From positions 20,584,001 to 20,648,000 of the forward strand of contig NC_086108.1 of NCBI RefSeq assembly GCF_963921235.1: a DNA stretch of 64,000 nt, in the 5' to 3' direction. Below the pieces are notes generated by a model. That model had not been told where the DNA came from. It was given only the letters and a program-made list of their open reading frames with translations, and made no database searches. Shown here one piece after another: positions 1 to 12,083 of this stretch. Position 1 is the stretch's first letter, and each line of letters opens with the position of its first letter. The position numbers were made by a program, and so were the translations under genes. Source of the stretch: Mobula hypostoma. Lineage: Eukaryota.

Positions 1-406
1 AACAAATAGGATAGACAAAGGAGAATCTGTTGATAATGTGTACTTGGATTTTCAGTAAATCTTTGACAAGGTGCCACACACGAGGCTGCTTAACAAGCTT
101 CAAGTCCATGTTATTACAGGAAAGGTTCTAGCATGGATAAAGCAGTGGCTGATTGGCAGAATGGGAATAAAGGGAGCCTTTTCTGATTGGCTGCCAGTGA
201 CTGGAAATATTCTACAGGGTTCTGTGTTGAGACCGGTTCTTTTTACATTATCTTTCAATGATTTGAATGATGGAACTGATGGCTTTGTTGCAAAGTTTGC
301 AGACAATATGAAGATAGGTGGAGTGGTGGGTAGTTTTGAGGAAATAGAGAGGCTTCAGAAGACAGACAGATTAGGAGAATAGGCAAAGAAATAGCAGATG
401 GAATAC
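1..406 (+). mobile_element. CR1 LINE reverse-transcriptase (RT) fragment, degraded
   Basis: ORF 71..382 with QGSVL..LF and KFADN motifs; stops nearby. Confidence 0.85.
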
Positions 407-556
407 GAATGCACCTCTGACGTCATTTCTGCCCGGAGAGGGCTGGAAGGGAACTGCTTAAAAGCCAGTGCTGCGAAGTTTGAATAAGCGAGTCTTGAGT
501 ACGACTTACAGACTGTGTCTCATTATTTCTAGCTCTGTGTGTAGCACATCGCTACA
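407..556 (+). mobile_element. Possible LTR 3' fragment
   Basis: TATA-like ttaaaa, AATAA, ends ...CGCTACA. No 5' end or TSD found. Confidence 0.35.
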
Positions 557-584
557 CTTTGATAATAAATTTACTTTGAACTTT

Positions 585-1024
585 GAAGATTGTTGTTGCA
601 ACACCACTTAACCAGCTGATCTATCTCACTCTTGTACGCCTCCTTGAATTTAAGATTCTGCCAACAACATCTGTGTCACCCACAAATTTATAAATGGTAT
701 TTGAGCTGTACCTAGCCACAGTCATGGGTGCACAGAGAGTAGAGCAGCGAGCTAAGCGCACATCCTTGAGGTGTGCCGGTATTAATCGTCCCAATGAGGA
801 AGTCAAGAATACAGCTGCAGAGAGAGGTACAGACTCCCAGGTTTTGAAGCTTATTGATTAGTACTGAGGGGATGACGGTGTTGAATGCTGAGCTGTAATC
901 AATGAGCAGCAGCCTGATGTAGGTATTTTTGTCGTCCGGGTGGTCCCCGAGGTCTAATGTGGAACCATTGACTGTAGATCTACTGTGGTAGTAGAAAAAC
1001 TGCAGCAGGTTCTTAGGCATCTTT
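585..1024 (-). mobile_element. Rex1/Babar-like LINE RT fragment, interrupted by the hAT (resumes ~6552-6565)
   Basis: ORF 712..1020 [25 protein letters not shown]; the continuation ccttgcttaggcag matches the copy at ~23340. Confidence 0.8.
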
Positions 1025-2042
1025 GCCTAAGTCAGGGGTGTCAAACTCATTTTAGGTCACGGGCTGGATTGGGCAAAACGCGACTTCATGAGGGCTGGAT
1101 CAGTAGTGCGCGCGCGTGCTCCTACAGCTTTCGTTGCCTTCGTTGTTTTAATCTGCTCTCATGTTGTCTCAGTCTCTGCTGTAACTACAAAGTGTTTCAC
1201 TTTACGCATTTCATTTCTTATGAAGAAGATTGCCTAGCAAGCATTATTTTTATGATTGGTATTAACTTACAGTCGTAGGCTACAAGAAAGTTGTGATGAG
1301 AGAGAGAAAAAAACGATGCTATTTTGGCTCAGATTCTTTTGGGAGCCATACCCTTTCAATTAATAAACCATTTGAAATCGAACATTAGCAGACACAAATG
1401 TAGACCTAATGAAACAAATTGTAAATGTAGGCTAACTGCACCTAAATTTTATTCGCCTGCTTCCAGCAACCAAACTCAACAATGAACATAGTTAGCCTCT
1501 AATTTTTATTGAAGTGATCACATATACAATAATAGAATTGTCAGAAAATGAATGAATCACAATATTATGACACTCAATATTTCATAATGCATTTTGCTTA
1601 CATGTCGCAGAGCATCGAACAATGTCACTCATTTTTCACTTGCTGCTTCCAGACACCTGACATCTCTTGGCTTTAACCAGCCTGTCAACATCAGGGATCA
1701 GTTTCTGGGCAGTTGTGATTTTCATAATGTCATTTAGATGTCTGTGTGTCAGCTGCGAGCGCAGTTTGGATTTGTTAATGTTCATTATGGAGAACGCCTG
1801 CTCACTGAGATATGTTGTCCCAAACATACAAAGGATCTTTGAGGCAAAGTCTGTCATCTTGGGGTACACCGGTCCCAGATATTGATAGAATGAGTCCAGA
1901 TCCACAGTCTCAAATTTATATTTCAAAGCTAAGTTACACTGAATTTCAATTAGTTCCATTTGGAGTTCCTCCAGCACATCTGATGCTGCGTTGATGGCAA
2001 ACGGTGAGCAAATTAGTGAGAATTCCTTCTCGAGCTGAGTGA

Positions 2043-4792
2043 AACCATAGAAACCATAGAAAAACTACAGCACAGAAACAGGCCTTTTGGCCTTTCTTGG
2101 CAGTGCCGAACCATTTTCTGCCTAGTCCCACTGACTTCCACACGGACCATATCCTTCCATACACTTCCCATCCATGTATCTGTCCAATTTATTCTTAAAT
2201 GTTAAAAAAGAACCCACATTTACCACCTCATCTGGCAGCTCATTCCACACTCCCACCACTCTCTGTGTGAAGAAGCCCCCCCAATGTTCCCTTTAAACTT
2301 TTCCCCCTTCACCCTTAACCCATGTCCTCTGGTTTTTTTCTCCCCTTGCCTCAGTGGAAAAAGCCTGCTTGCATTCACTCTATCAATACCCATCATAATT
2401 TTATATACCTCTAACAAATCTCCCCTCATTCTTCTACGCTCCAGGGAATAAAGTCCCAACCTACTCAACTTTTCTCTGTAACTCAGTTTCTCAAGTCCCG
2501 GCAACATCCTTGTAAACCTTCTCTGCACTCTTTCAACCTTATTAATATCCTTCCTGTAATTTGGTGACTAAAACTGAACACAATACTCCAGATTCGGCCT
2601 CACCAATGCCTTATACAACCTCATCATAACATTCCAGCTCTTATACTCAATATTTTGGTTAATAAAGGCCAATGTACCAAAAGCTCTCTTTACGACCCTA
2701 CTTACCTGTGATGCCACTTTTAGGGAATTTTGTATCTGTATTCCCAAATCCCTCTGTTCTACTGCACTCCTCAGTGCCTTACCATTTACCCTGTATGTTC
2801 TACCTTGGTTTGTCCTTCCAACGTGCAATATCTCACACTTGTCTGTATTAAACTCCATTTGCTATTTTTCAGCCCATTTTTCCAGCTGGTCCAAATCCCT
2901 CTGCAAGCTTTGAAAACCTTCCTGCCTGTCCACTACATCTCCAATCTTTGTATCATCAGCAAATTTGCTGATCCAATTTACCACATTATCATCCAGATCA
3001 TTGATATAGATGACAAATAACAATGGACCCAGCACTGATCCCTGTAGCACACCACTAGTCACAGGCCTCCACTCTGAGAAGCAATCCTCTACTACCACTT
3101 TTTGGCTTCTTCCATTGAGCCAATGTCTAATCCAATTTACCACCTCTCCATGTATACCTAGCGACTGATAACTAACCTCCCATGTGGGACCTTGTCAAAG
3201 GCCTTACTGAAGTCCATGTAGACAACATCCACTGCCTTCCCTTCATCCACTTTCCTGGTAACCTCCTCGAAAAACTCCAATAGATTGGTCAAACATGATC
3301 TACCACGCACAAAGCCATGTTAACTCTCCCTAATAAGTCCCTGCCTATCCAAATGCTTGTAGATTCTGTCTCCTAGTACTCCCTCCAATAACTTACCCAC
3401 TACCGACGTCAAACTTACCGACCTACCGGATTACTTTTCGATCCTTTTTTAAACAACGGAACAATATGAGCTACTCTCCAATCCTCCGGCACCTCACCTG
3501 TAGACACCAACATTTTAAATATATCTGCCAGGGTCCCTGCAATTTCAACAGTATAGTCTCCTTCAAGGTCCGAGGGAATACCCTGTCAGGTCCTGGGGAT
3601 TTATCCACTTTAATTTGCCTCAAGATAGCCAGCACCTCCTCCTTTTCAATCTGTACAGTTTCCATGATCTCACTACTTGTTTCCCTTAATTCCATAGACT
3701 TCATGCCAGTTTCCTCAGATGCAAAAAACACAGTTAAGATCTCCCCCATTTCTTTTGGTTCCGCACATAGTCGACCACTCTGATCTTCAAGAGGACCAAT
3801 TTTATCCCTTACAATCCTTTTACTCTTGTGTCGCCAAACCAAGTTATCAGACGATTGATGCTGATGAGAGAGATAAGGGAGGCAATGGAGAAACGTTCAA
3901 AATGTTAATGAGAGAGGAAAGAGATAACGGAAAAGAAACACAATTCAGAATATTGACAGACCAGTTGCTTTAAACCTGAACTGTTTGAAGTTTGATGGAC
4001 AGGCAATACCCCAGCAGGGGGATAAAAAGAACAGGTTCGCTAAGGCATGACAGACACCACAAGATCACGAGATAACGAGACCCTGGAAGAGCCGTGTGCC
4101 CCCACAAGTTGGTGGAGGTTTGGAGGTCCAGTTTGCGGGAACTGACCATAGAAGCACAGGGTGCAAAGGTACCATTGGTGGGAACCTGGTGTGTGTGTCC
4201 GCCCTTGCCTGGGTGCCGGGTTCACCGCGGAAGAACGGTCGTATTCGGAACAGAGGGGTCACAGTCGGTGACCACAGCGGGATAGAAGACATAAAAGGGT
4301 CCGCCCAAAACCACCTGTGAACATCAAAGGTCTGCCTGAATCAAATTTGCATCTCTCTCTCTCTCTCTCTCTCCAACGGCACAACAGCGATTACTGCGAA
4401 CTGTACTAAGCTGAACTGAACTCTGCGTCACTTGAGACTGATCATTTTACTCCTAGACTGCGATAGAGCTTGGTTGATTCCTATTACCCTAGTTCTGTGT
4501 ACGTGTGTGTTTTATCATTGCTAATCTGTTGCATATATATCCTTACAATTAGAGTACTGTGTTACTTATTTCTTTAATAAAACTTTATTAGTTTCTAGTA
4601 AACCAGACTCCAACGAGTGGTCCATTCTGCTGGCTTGGCAACCCAGTTACGGGGTATGTAACACTCTTAATATACCTGTAAAAGCTCTTTGGATTATCCT
4701 TCACTTTGACTGCCAAGGCAACCTCATGTCTTCTTTTAGCCCTCCTGATTTCCTTAAGTATTTTTTACACTTTTTACACTTCTTACACTTGT
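2043..4792 (-). mobile_element. 5'-truncated CR1 LINE inserted in the hAT transposase
   Basis: RT ORF pieces ([17 protein letters not shown]); 3' tail (tttctatgg)n at ~2041-2062; same family as 54720-59103. Confidence 0.93.
3827..4663 (+). mobile_element. Solo LTR (837 bp) inserted in CR1
   Basis: TG...CA ends; 4-bp TSD CTCT (3823-3826, 4664-4667); AATAAA ~4576; CR1 is collinear across it. Confidence 0.88.
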
Positions 4793-7700
4793 AGACTTGG
4801 ATACAATTCTGAAACTCACTTTTCAGCCGTGATATTTTGTCCTTGTACCTGTCCATGCTGTCATTATTCCCATGAGCGACATACACAGATTGCAAAGAGG
4901 GGAAATGAGCTGTGTTGCTCCAGGATAGCTGCATCTCCCACAGGCCTAATTTAATTTGAAAGGCACGAATGCTGTCGTAGTATTCCGTAACAAGTTTGCT
5001 GTGGCCTTGCATGTTAACATTAAGCACATTTAAGTGCTCTGTTATATCCACCAAAAATGCAGGATCATGAAGCCAGTCTGGGTCATCCAACTCTGCCACT
5101 GGCTTCCCTTTCTCGTTCATGAATAGTCCAATTTCTGCACGTAATTGAAAAAACATTTGAGCACAACTCCTCTGCTCAACCAGCGGACTTCAGTGTGGTA
5201 GGGTAGGCCGTGTCCAATATTACTTTCGGACAAAAGAGTGTCAAATTGCTGAAGGTTGAGTCCCTTGGTTCTAATAAAATTAACCGTTTTGATTACTACA
5301 TCCATGACATTGTCCATTTTCAGGCTCTTGGTGCCTCTTGGTGTATAATACAATGAAAATTCCAGAATTCCTGCTCTGAATTCTCTGTCTGAACTTTCTC
5401 TCTGAGTTTCGCAACAACACCTACCTTTTTCCCGAACATGGACGGTGCGCCATCTGTTGCCATGCTGACAGCGTAACTCCAGTCAACCCCCAGTCTGTCC
5501 AAGGCCTCAACAAGGCTGGAGAAAACGTCGTTCACCGTTGTGGTGTTTGTCATGGGCACCATCTCCACAAACTCCTCGGTGACGGTCAAAGATGCATCAA
5601 CACCACAAATAAATATTCCCATTTGAGCTACATCAGTCACGTCGGTGCTCTCATCAATTGCAATAGAGAAGGCAATAAATGACTTCACTTTGTCTTTTAG
5701 TTGACTGTTCAAATCTCCCGATTCTCTCTGCCACAGTATTTCTTGACAAGCTGATATTACCAAAAGCCTGTGTCTTCTCAGGGCACACCAGCTCAGCCAC
5801 AGTCAGCATGCATGCTTTGATGAATTCCCCCTCTGAGTATGGCTTCAATGCAGCTGCTATTTTGTTGGCAATAGTATAGCTGGCCTTGACAGCTCCATCA
5901 TGAGTCTCTCGACTTTTGGTGAACACTGATTGCTGTTTTTTTCAGAGCTGCTTCAAACGCGTTTATCTTTTGCATTCTGAGTTGTCCTGCATACTTGTCG
6001 TATTTTTCTGCATGTGACGTCTCATAGTGTAATTTAATACTGTACTCTTTTGCCATAGCCACTTGTTGCGAGCATATCAGACACACAGGTTTGCTGTTGA
6101 CCTCACAGAAGAAAAAATGATCTTTCCAATTATCGTTGAATATCTGACCTTCGAAGTCAACTTTTCTTTTCTTGGAAAGCATTTTGAACCACAGCAGCAA
6201 ACAGTCTCAGCCTTGCTACAGGTGTTCCTTACTTGAGTACTCTGTGTGTTTATACTGTGTCTGACGACGTAAGTGGGGCCCTACTTGTCTTCAGTGCAGG
6301 GTGGTAGGTGCTTATGCACAGCGGGTGGTTGACTGCCAACTATTGTTTTCTAAGTACACACAACAAGCTGCCGGTGCAGCAGGCAGCACAGACAGCGGTG
6401 GGAGAGAGAGCGACTGCAGTACAGATACATAATAAATGGTCACAAATATACTTTCATTCCCCCCAAATCATCCCGCGGGCCGCATCGGACCCCTTCGCAG
6501 GCCGGATTGGATCCCTTCGCGGGTCGGTAGTTTGACACCCCTGGCCTAAGTCCTTGCTTAGGCAGTGCAAGTATGTGAGAGGATACTCTTTGATTTCTCT
6601 GATGGATGACTTAAAATTATCTATCTTTAATTTTGCGAAGAAGGGGAGTGTAAATACTTAATATTAAATTGAGGATTAATTATGGAAGTTTTTTTTTAAA
6701 CAGACCCCGATGTAGCAGTTTTACAACACGCACATTCTCAAGTTGACAACCGTAAGTGGAAAAATGCTTGGCAGTAGTGATCCCCGTGGAGTTGTGAAGT
6801 AACAGGTGTTAAAGTTGGCAGAGCAGCTTTCTGCTGAGTGTGGAGTTAATGACAGTAGTGGCCAAGGGAAATAGTCTAAGACAGCTTTTTTCCTGGAAGA
6901 TGTATTTAAGAAAATATATTTTACAGCAGGAGAAATGATAGTCTTTATTTAAAAGGGGTTAATTCCCTTGCATAATATTTGTAATGTCTGTAATTATTTG
7001 GTTACAGTGTTTATGTAATAATGTGCTGAACATTCCTAGTGCTCTCCTGCAAATATTTATTTAGCTATTCCCATCAAGGAAAGAAGAAAATAAACAGGCA
7101 AAATTTTGTGTCAAGTGTATCCACATGAGTGGGCTGCATTGACAAGGACAGCTTTTAATGTCCACTCTCAATTATTGTTGAGGTGGTGCCAGTGAGGCAC
7201 CTTGAGCTGCTTCAATCCTTGTGATGATTATCCTCATAAAATGAGGTCAGGAGTTCTTGGATTTTAACTCAAAATGGTGAAAACATAACAATATATTTCC
7301 AAGTACTGGAGAAAGGTTTGGGTCAGAATTTAAAAATAATAAATTCCCATACATTCCCTGATAATTTTGGATCAGGGAGGGTCTGCTGAAAAAAAAAATT
7401 ACCAAATGGACGTAGTGCATTTTGTAATTCACATAGCAGCCACCTGTTGATTATGGAGGAGAGTGTTTACAGTGGTAAATAGGTTGTGATCAAGCAGATG
7501 CTTTTATATATAGTATTTATCTTGCAGTGTTGCTGGAATCATGTTCTTCCAGGCTAGTACAGAATTCGGTCACACTTATAATTTATACCTTCCAAATGAT
7601 GAAAAGATGTGGAAAGCACAGAGGTGACTTACCTGCCACAGTTACATCTGTCCGTGACATTGACATAAAGCCCCATTTTATTGCAAAATATTATAAGGCA

Positions 7701-8315
7701 TGATAAATGTGCTAAATAAGATAATTTCAAAACAGTCTTTGGAGGTCGAAACTAGGTATTCATGAGGTACTGTGAACTAACAGCAGCAACAGAAATGCAT
7801 ATGATTCATAATCTGTGACTTCATGGCCTGGCATGTCCCTCACTCTACCATTACTATCAAGCTATGTTTAATGTAGAGTGCATGCTAGGAACAGCACTAG
7901 GCAGATCTAAAAATAAAAATACCAACCTAATGAAGCTGGACCACCACATGTATGCTAAGTAGCATGAATAAGACCAAGCTCACAACCAATGTATCAGATT
8001 GACAATTTGCAGTCCTATCACATCTAGTTGTGAATGGTATAGAAACAATTAAACAGGATGAAGCTTCTAGTACCTACATTGGGTACACACATTTTTTTTC
8101 ATATATTTTTACCTGAGACCGAGATTTAAACTAATGGTTCTTATGGGTCACTCTCTGAAAATGGGGCCACAATTAGCTTGTTAAATATTGAAGGAGGCCA
8201 TTTATTTGAATAGTCACTTCAGCAAATTTCCAACATGAAAATGGCAATCGTCCTCATCTCATCAAATATATTTAACCTTCAATGCACAAGCCCATTTGTT
8301 TATAAATATATACAG

Positions 8316-8447
8316 ACCCCGCTGAAGGGTCTCAGCCCGTAACGTCAACTGTACTCCTTTCCATCGATGCTGCCTGGCCTACTGAGTTCGTCCAGCACTT
8401 TGTGTGTGTTGCTTGAATTTCCAGTATCTGCAGATGTTGTCTTGTTC
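8316..8447 (+). mobile_element. PLE terminal fragment with decayed hammerhead motif
   Basis: gctgaagggtctcagcccgtaacgtcaact...gatgctgcctggcct matches the other PLE ends. Confidence 0.75.
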
Positions 8448-8699
8448 ACTTATAAATATATCCATGTTCTATATTCATCCTAATCTAGATCAAATAATGA
8501 CCATGGGACAAACTTAAGTCTTGTTGGAATTCCTAGACAAAGATACATTTACATATTGGGCTTTAATAATGTAAAAATAGAGAAAATATATAGAATAACC
8601 TATAACATAATGCATCTCCTGTATATCATATACTTTGTTACAAAACTTAAACATCAGTGCTATCTTCTGTTAACAATGTTATTGAAAATCTTTACCCAC

Positions 8700-8805
8700 C
8701 GTAGGCTTTTTTCCTTCTTTCAGTAGTGTTTTCCTTCTCAAAACTCCTTGAATTGTGACACATCCCAGGAAGAAGTTCACTGCCAGCTCTTCAGATTCCA
8801 CAGAA
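8700..8805 (-). CDS. RALGPS2: RALGPS2 coding exon, start of PH domain (106 nt)
   Basis: Acceptor TTCTTATTCCCAG, donor GTGGGT. Encodes SVESEELAVNFFLGCVTIQGVLRRKTLLKEGKKPT; VTIQGVLRRKTLLKEGKKPT is the RALGPS2 PH-domain N-terminus as I recall it. Confidence 0.95.
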
Positions 8806-9470
8806 CTGGGAATAAGAAAAAGATAACGTGATGAGCATTGATACAATGCAACAAATCAAAATGGGTCAAGGATGTTCAATACATTTCAACTTGAAGGGTA
8901 TCTTGATCCAATTTTTTCTTAACATGTAAAAGCCAGAAAGCTGTTTTTCAATACAGTTCAGAGCTCCAACCACATACTCAAAATTTGATTTGTATTTAAA
9001 TTTCACCATTGACATTTCAAATTATTTGCTTGATTAAATCAGAGCAGACACTGCATCACAATTGTTAAAAATTACCGAACAATCTTGAGACTTGTGTTTC
9101 ATGCTTCACCTTACAGTATATATTTTCAAATGTCTTTTAGACAGCACCATTACATAAAACAATTTCCAATAAATGTATATGTAATGGAATCAACCGAGGC
9201 TATGTTGCAACATCAGGAGCCTATTGATCCTGAACAGCAAATAATGGAGTAATGATGACTTTATGTGAAATAGACATATCTAAATTAATCTCAGGCACTT
9301 CCCAGAAATGTTCCCTTCAAAAAAGGTAAATTATGAATCATGTTAGAACAGTTATGTGACAGCTTGATTACCTGGATGTTAGAATCACTTTTAAATGAAA
9401 ACTAATTTATTCCAATAGCAATTTTCTTCCTTTCTAATTCTGTCCATGCTCTCTTGAGAGCAGGGACTGT

Positions 9471-9730
9471 TTTATTTATTGCATTTATTGAGATACAGCA
9501 TGGAATTGGCGCTTCCGGGCCTTCAAGTCCCAGCAATCCCTTAATTTAACCCCAGCCTATTCATGGGGGAATTTGCTACAAACAATTAACCTACCAACTG
9601 TTAGGTCTTTGGACTGTGGGAGGAAACTGGAGCACCTGTAAGAAACCCATGCCGTCACAGGGAGAACGTACAAACTCTTTACAGGCAGATGCGGGAATAG
9701 CCTACACTCATTACACTACTTGCCCCAGCC
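9471..9730 (-). mobile_element. SINE (V-SINE/HE1-like)
   Basis: Core tgtgggaggaaactggagcacc...aacccatgc and (aaat)n tail on minus; related to 43845-44125. Confidence 0.7.
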
Positions 9731-10608
9731 TGCTCAACAATAGCTCACAGAGCCAGTTTCTGCACATTGCCTCAGTAGCTCAGTCCATAGTAAGAAGGGC
9801 AAGTGTTTGCACCAAGATCCTGTAACCGCAGCTCCTCCATCACCATCCCTCCCTCCCCCACTCCATTCCTTCCTTTCGCATCCTTATCTCTCTCTTGCTC
9901 TGTATTAGTGCTATCTTTCATGGTAACATATCCTGAGTACTAAACTGGGTACTACAGTATATGCACTTGGTTTACACAAACCCATGAGAATTCATTCTGA
10001 GTTCACAGGTTGTGCTGAAGCAATTGATTTGAGCAGGAAAAGTACATTGTGATTCAGAATCCAAAACTAAGGAAAAGCCTGTCATCTTTGATTCCTGTTC
10101 CAATTATATTCCAGGAAGAATGTACATATGCATTCATTTGACTTGAAGTTCCTTAAACAAGAAGTACTGTGCTTATGAAAACTTATCCTATCAACTCCTT
10201 GTCCCATCTGGCACAACATCACCACTCACAGGCAAATGCTGTACACTTTCTCACTGGTTCACACAACATTGAACCATGCAGCAATAAGATTATCAATTTA
10301 TTACTGCAGAAACATCAGTGGAGACCAGTACTTTGCACCTGCATTCCCAGAGCAGCAGGTAGTCTGACTGCATGAGTATTTTCAAGGTGACTTTGCACCT
10401 ATGCATGTGTGAACTCAGGACTAAGAGCTCGACAATAAATAAATCAAAGATCTGTGGGTAGCACAAAGCAGCATTATCAATTCATTGTTTTTACTAAATT
10501 AAGTACTAAAGGAGCTAGGAATACATTTATCACCTTAACAGCATTCAATGAAACAGGTGCTGTTCCTATTCAACTGATCTCTGCTGGAAAGTGCACAGTT
10601 AAGTGCAA

Positions 10609-11397
10609 GGCTACGTCCACACTAGAAGGGATAAATCCGTAACCAAAGCTTTTTCTCTTCGTTTTGACCCTCCGTCCACACTGAAACGGCATTTTCCTCC
10701 CCTGAAAATGGAGCTTTTCTAAAACGCTGTCCAAAGTGTTTAAATCTGAAAACGCCGGTTGGGTGTTGTAGTGTGTACGGGGTAATTGGAGGTTTTAAAA
10801 TACCTGTCATCCCTTTCATCGGTGAAGAGACTATGGCTGTAGGAAATATTTCCAGGGTGACCCCTCTGTGGGAGTGGGGAAGATGTTGGTGGGGCCACCC
10901 GGGAGTCTGTGTGTCTGTATGTATAGCTATTGTAGTGGCTATGAGGCTGGTATTGTGGCGGTGAAAAGTACTGAGGGGGAGCCATCATATTCCTCATCAT
11001 TGCAAATCCCTCTGCAACAGAGTTAGTTAGTATTTCAATGTTCATTGTCAGCCGGGTCATACTGTCCGTGAACTCCCTGTTGGATTCCTCCATACGCTCC
11101 AGTATTTGTTTTTTCAGTTTTAAGTCCTCCTGCGCGAGAGCCAACAGATGTCCATCGTTTGGCAATTTCCCTTTAAGTTTTTCTAGTCTGTAACTGGACA
11201 AACGCCACCAAGTATACCGTTTTCTCTTCACTTGTTTTCTGTAGATGTGTCCTGCGCATGCCCAGTAGGAGGAGATTCACCCAAATACCTGTTTTAATGA
11301 GGACGGAGGTATTTTCAAAAACGCCTGGTGTGGATGCCTATCGTTTTTACGCGAAACCAGCATTTGCAAAATTATCCTGTCTATTGTGGATGTAGCC
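10609..11397 (-). mobile_element. PIF/Harbinger non-autonomous element with residual ORF
   Basis: TIRs GGCTACGTCCACACTAG / GGCTACATCCACAATAG; 3-bp TSD CAA (10606-8, 11398-400); internal ORF 10740..11231 with a coiled-coil-like segment. Confidence 0.88.
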
Positions 11398-11889
11398 CAA
11401 GTAAATATGCATATATCTGTTGACATTTCACAAAATGAAATTTAAATTCTTTTTAGCAAATTTGCAAATGTGACCACAAATTGCCACAAGAGCGAGCATA
11501 GAAATGCTTTGTACTCCTCATTTTAAAAAAAAGTTTGATTATCAAAGGACACATCATAACAGCTAACATGCATTAAATTACTCCTAGTTAGAACATTGTT
11601 GAATTCTTCTGTGGTGCTGTCATGGTAAAATTCTTATTATTCAGAACAAGAAACATTATCAGGATGTATAACACAATAATACACTCAGTACTTTGACATC
11701 AGAAAGAAACTGAATCAAACACCCAGAGACAGAAAGGCATCCAAATTTCAAAATCCACCACCATGTTGGTCAGTTGATTCAAAGGAGAGGAAGCAGATTC
11801 ATTGATCCATTTTAGTTTCACCACCCTGATTATACTTCGGACAGAAGGGAAATGAGCCACGTGAATTCCTCTTAGAAAGAGATTATTAC

Positions 11890-11967
11890 CTGTTGGTTTT
11901 CATGTGCCCTCGAGAGCCATTCCTCCCAACTCGTGGCACTGGACAAAGAGAATAATAGAAACGGTTC
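11890..11967 (-). CDS. RALGPS2: RALGPS2 internal coding exon (78 nt, symmetric phase 2/2)
   Basis: Acceptor ATTCTGCAG, donor GTAATA. Encodes (R)NRFYYSLCPVPRVGRNGSRGHMKTN(S), similar to recalled RNRLYHSLGPVTRVARNGYRSHMKAS. Confidence 0.88.
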
Positions 11968-12083
11968 CTGCAGAATTTTATTGTAGTTTAAAAAAAAGCA
12001 ATATGCAGGAAGATTGTATGTATTTATGATTATCAAGTTATCGTGGCACTATTAAATAAATTAAACAACTGAAGTAAGACAAT

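Larger units (their letters stand above)
1033..6543 (-). mobile_element. hAT (Charlie/SPIN-like) DNA transposon, full length, transposase disrupted
   Basis: Perfect 15-bp terminal inverted repeats (TIRs) CAGGGGTGTCAAACT; 8-bp TSD GCCTAAGT (1025-1032, 6544-6551). Transposase pieces 6200..4793 and 2042..1636 carry CLIC zinc finger, [25 protein letters not shown] and FGTTYLSEQAFS. Confidence 0.96.

Noticed and set aside
7625..7665. Consensus donor CAG|GTAAGT on the minus strand
   Set aside because: Upstream sequence does not encode the expected VASWTKYW... PH exon; probably a cryptic site.
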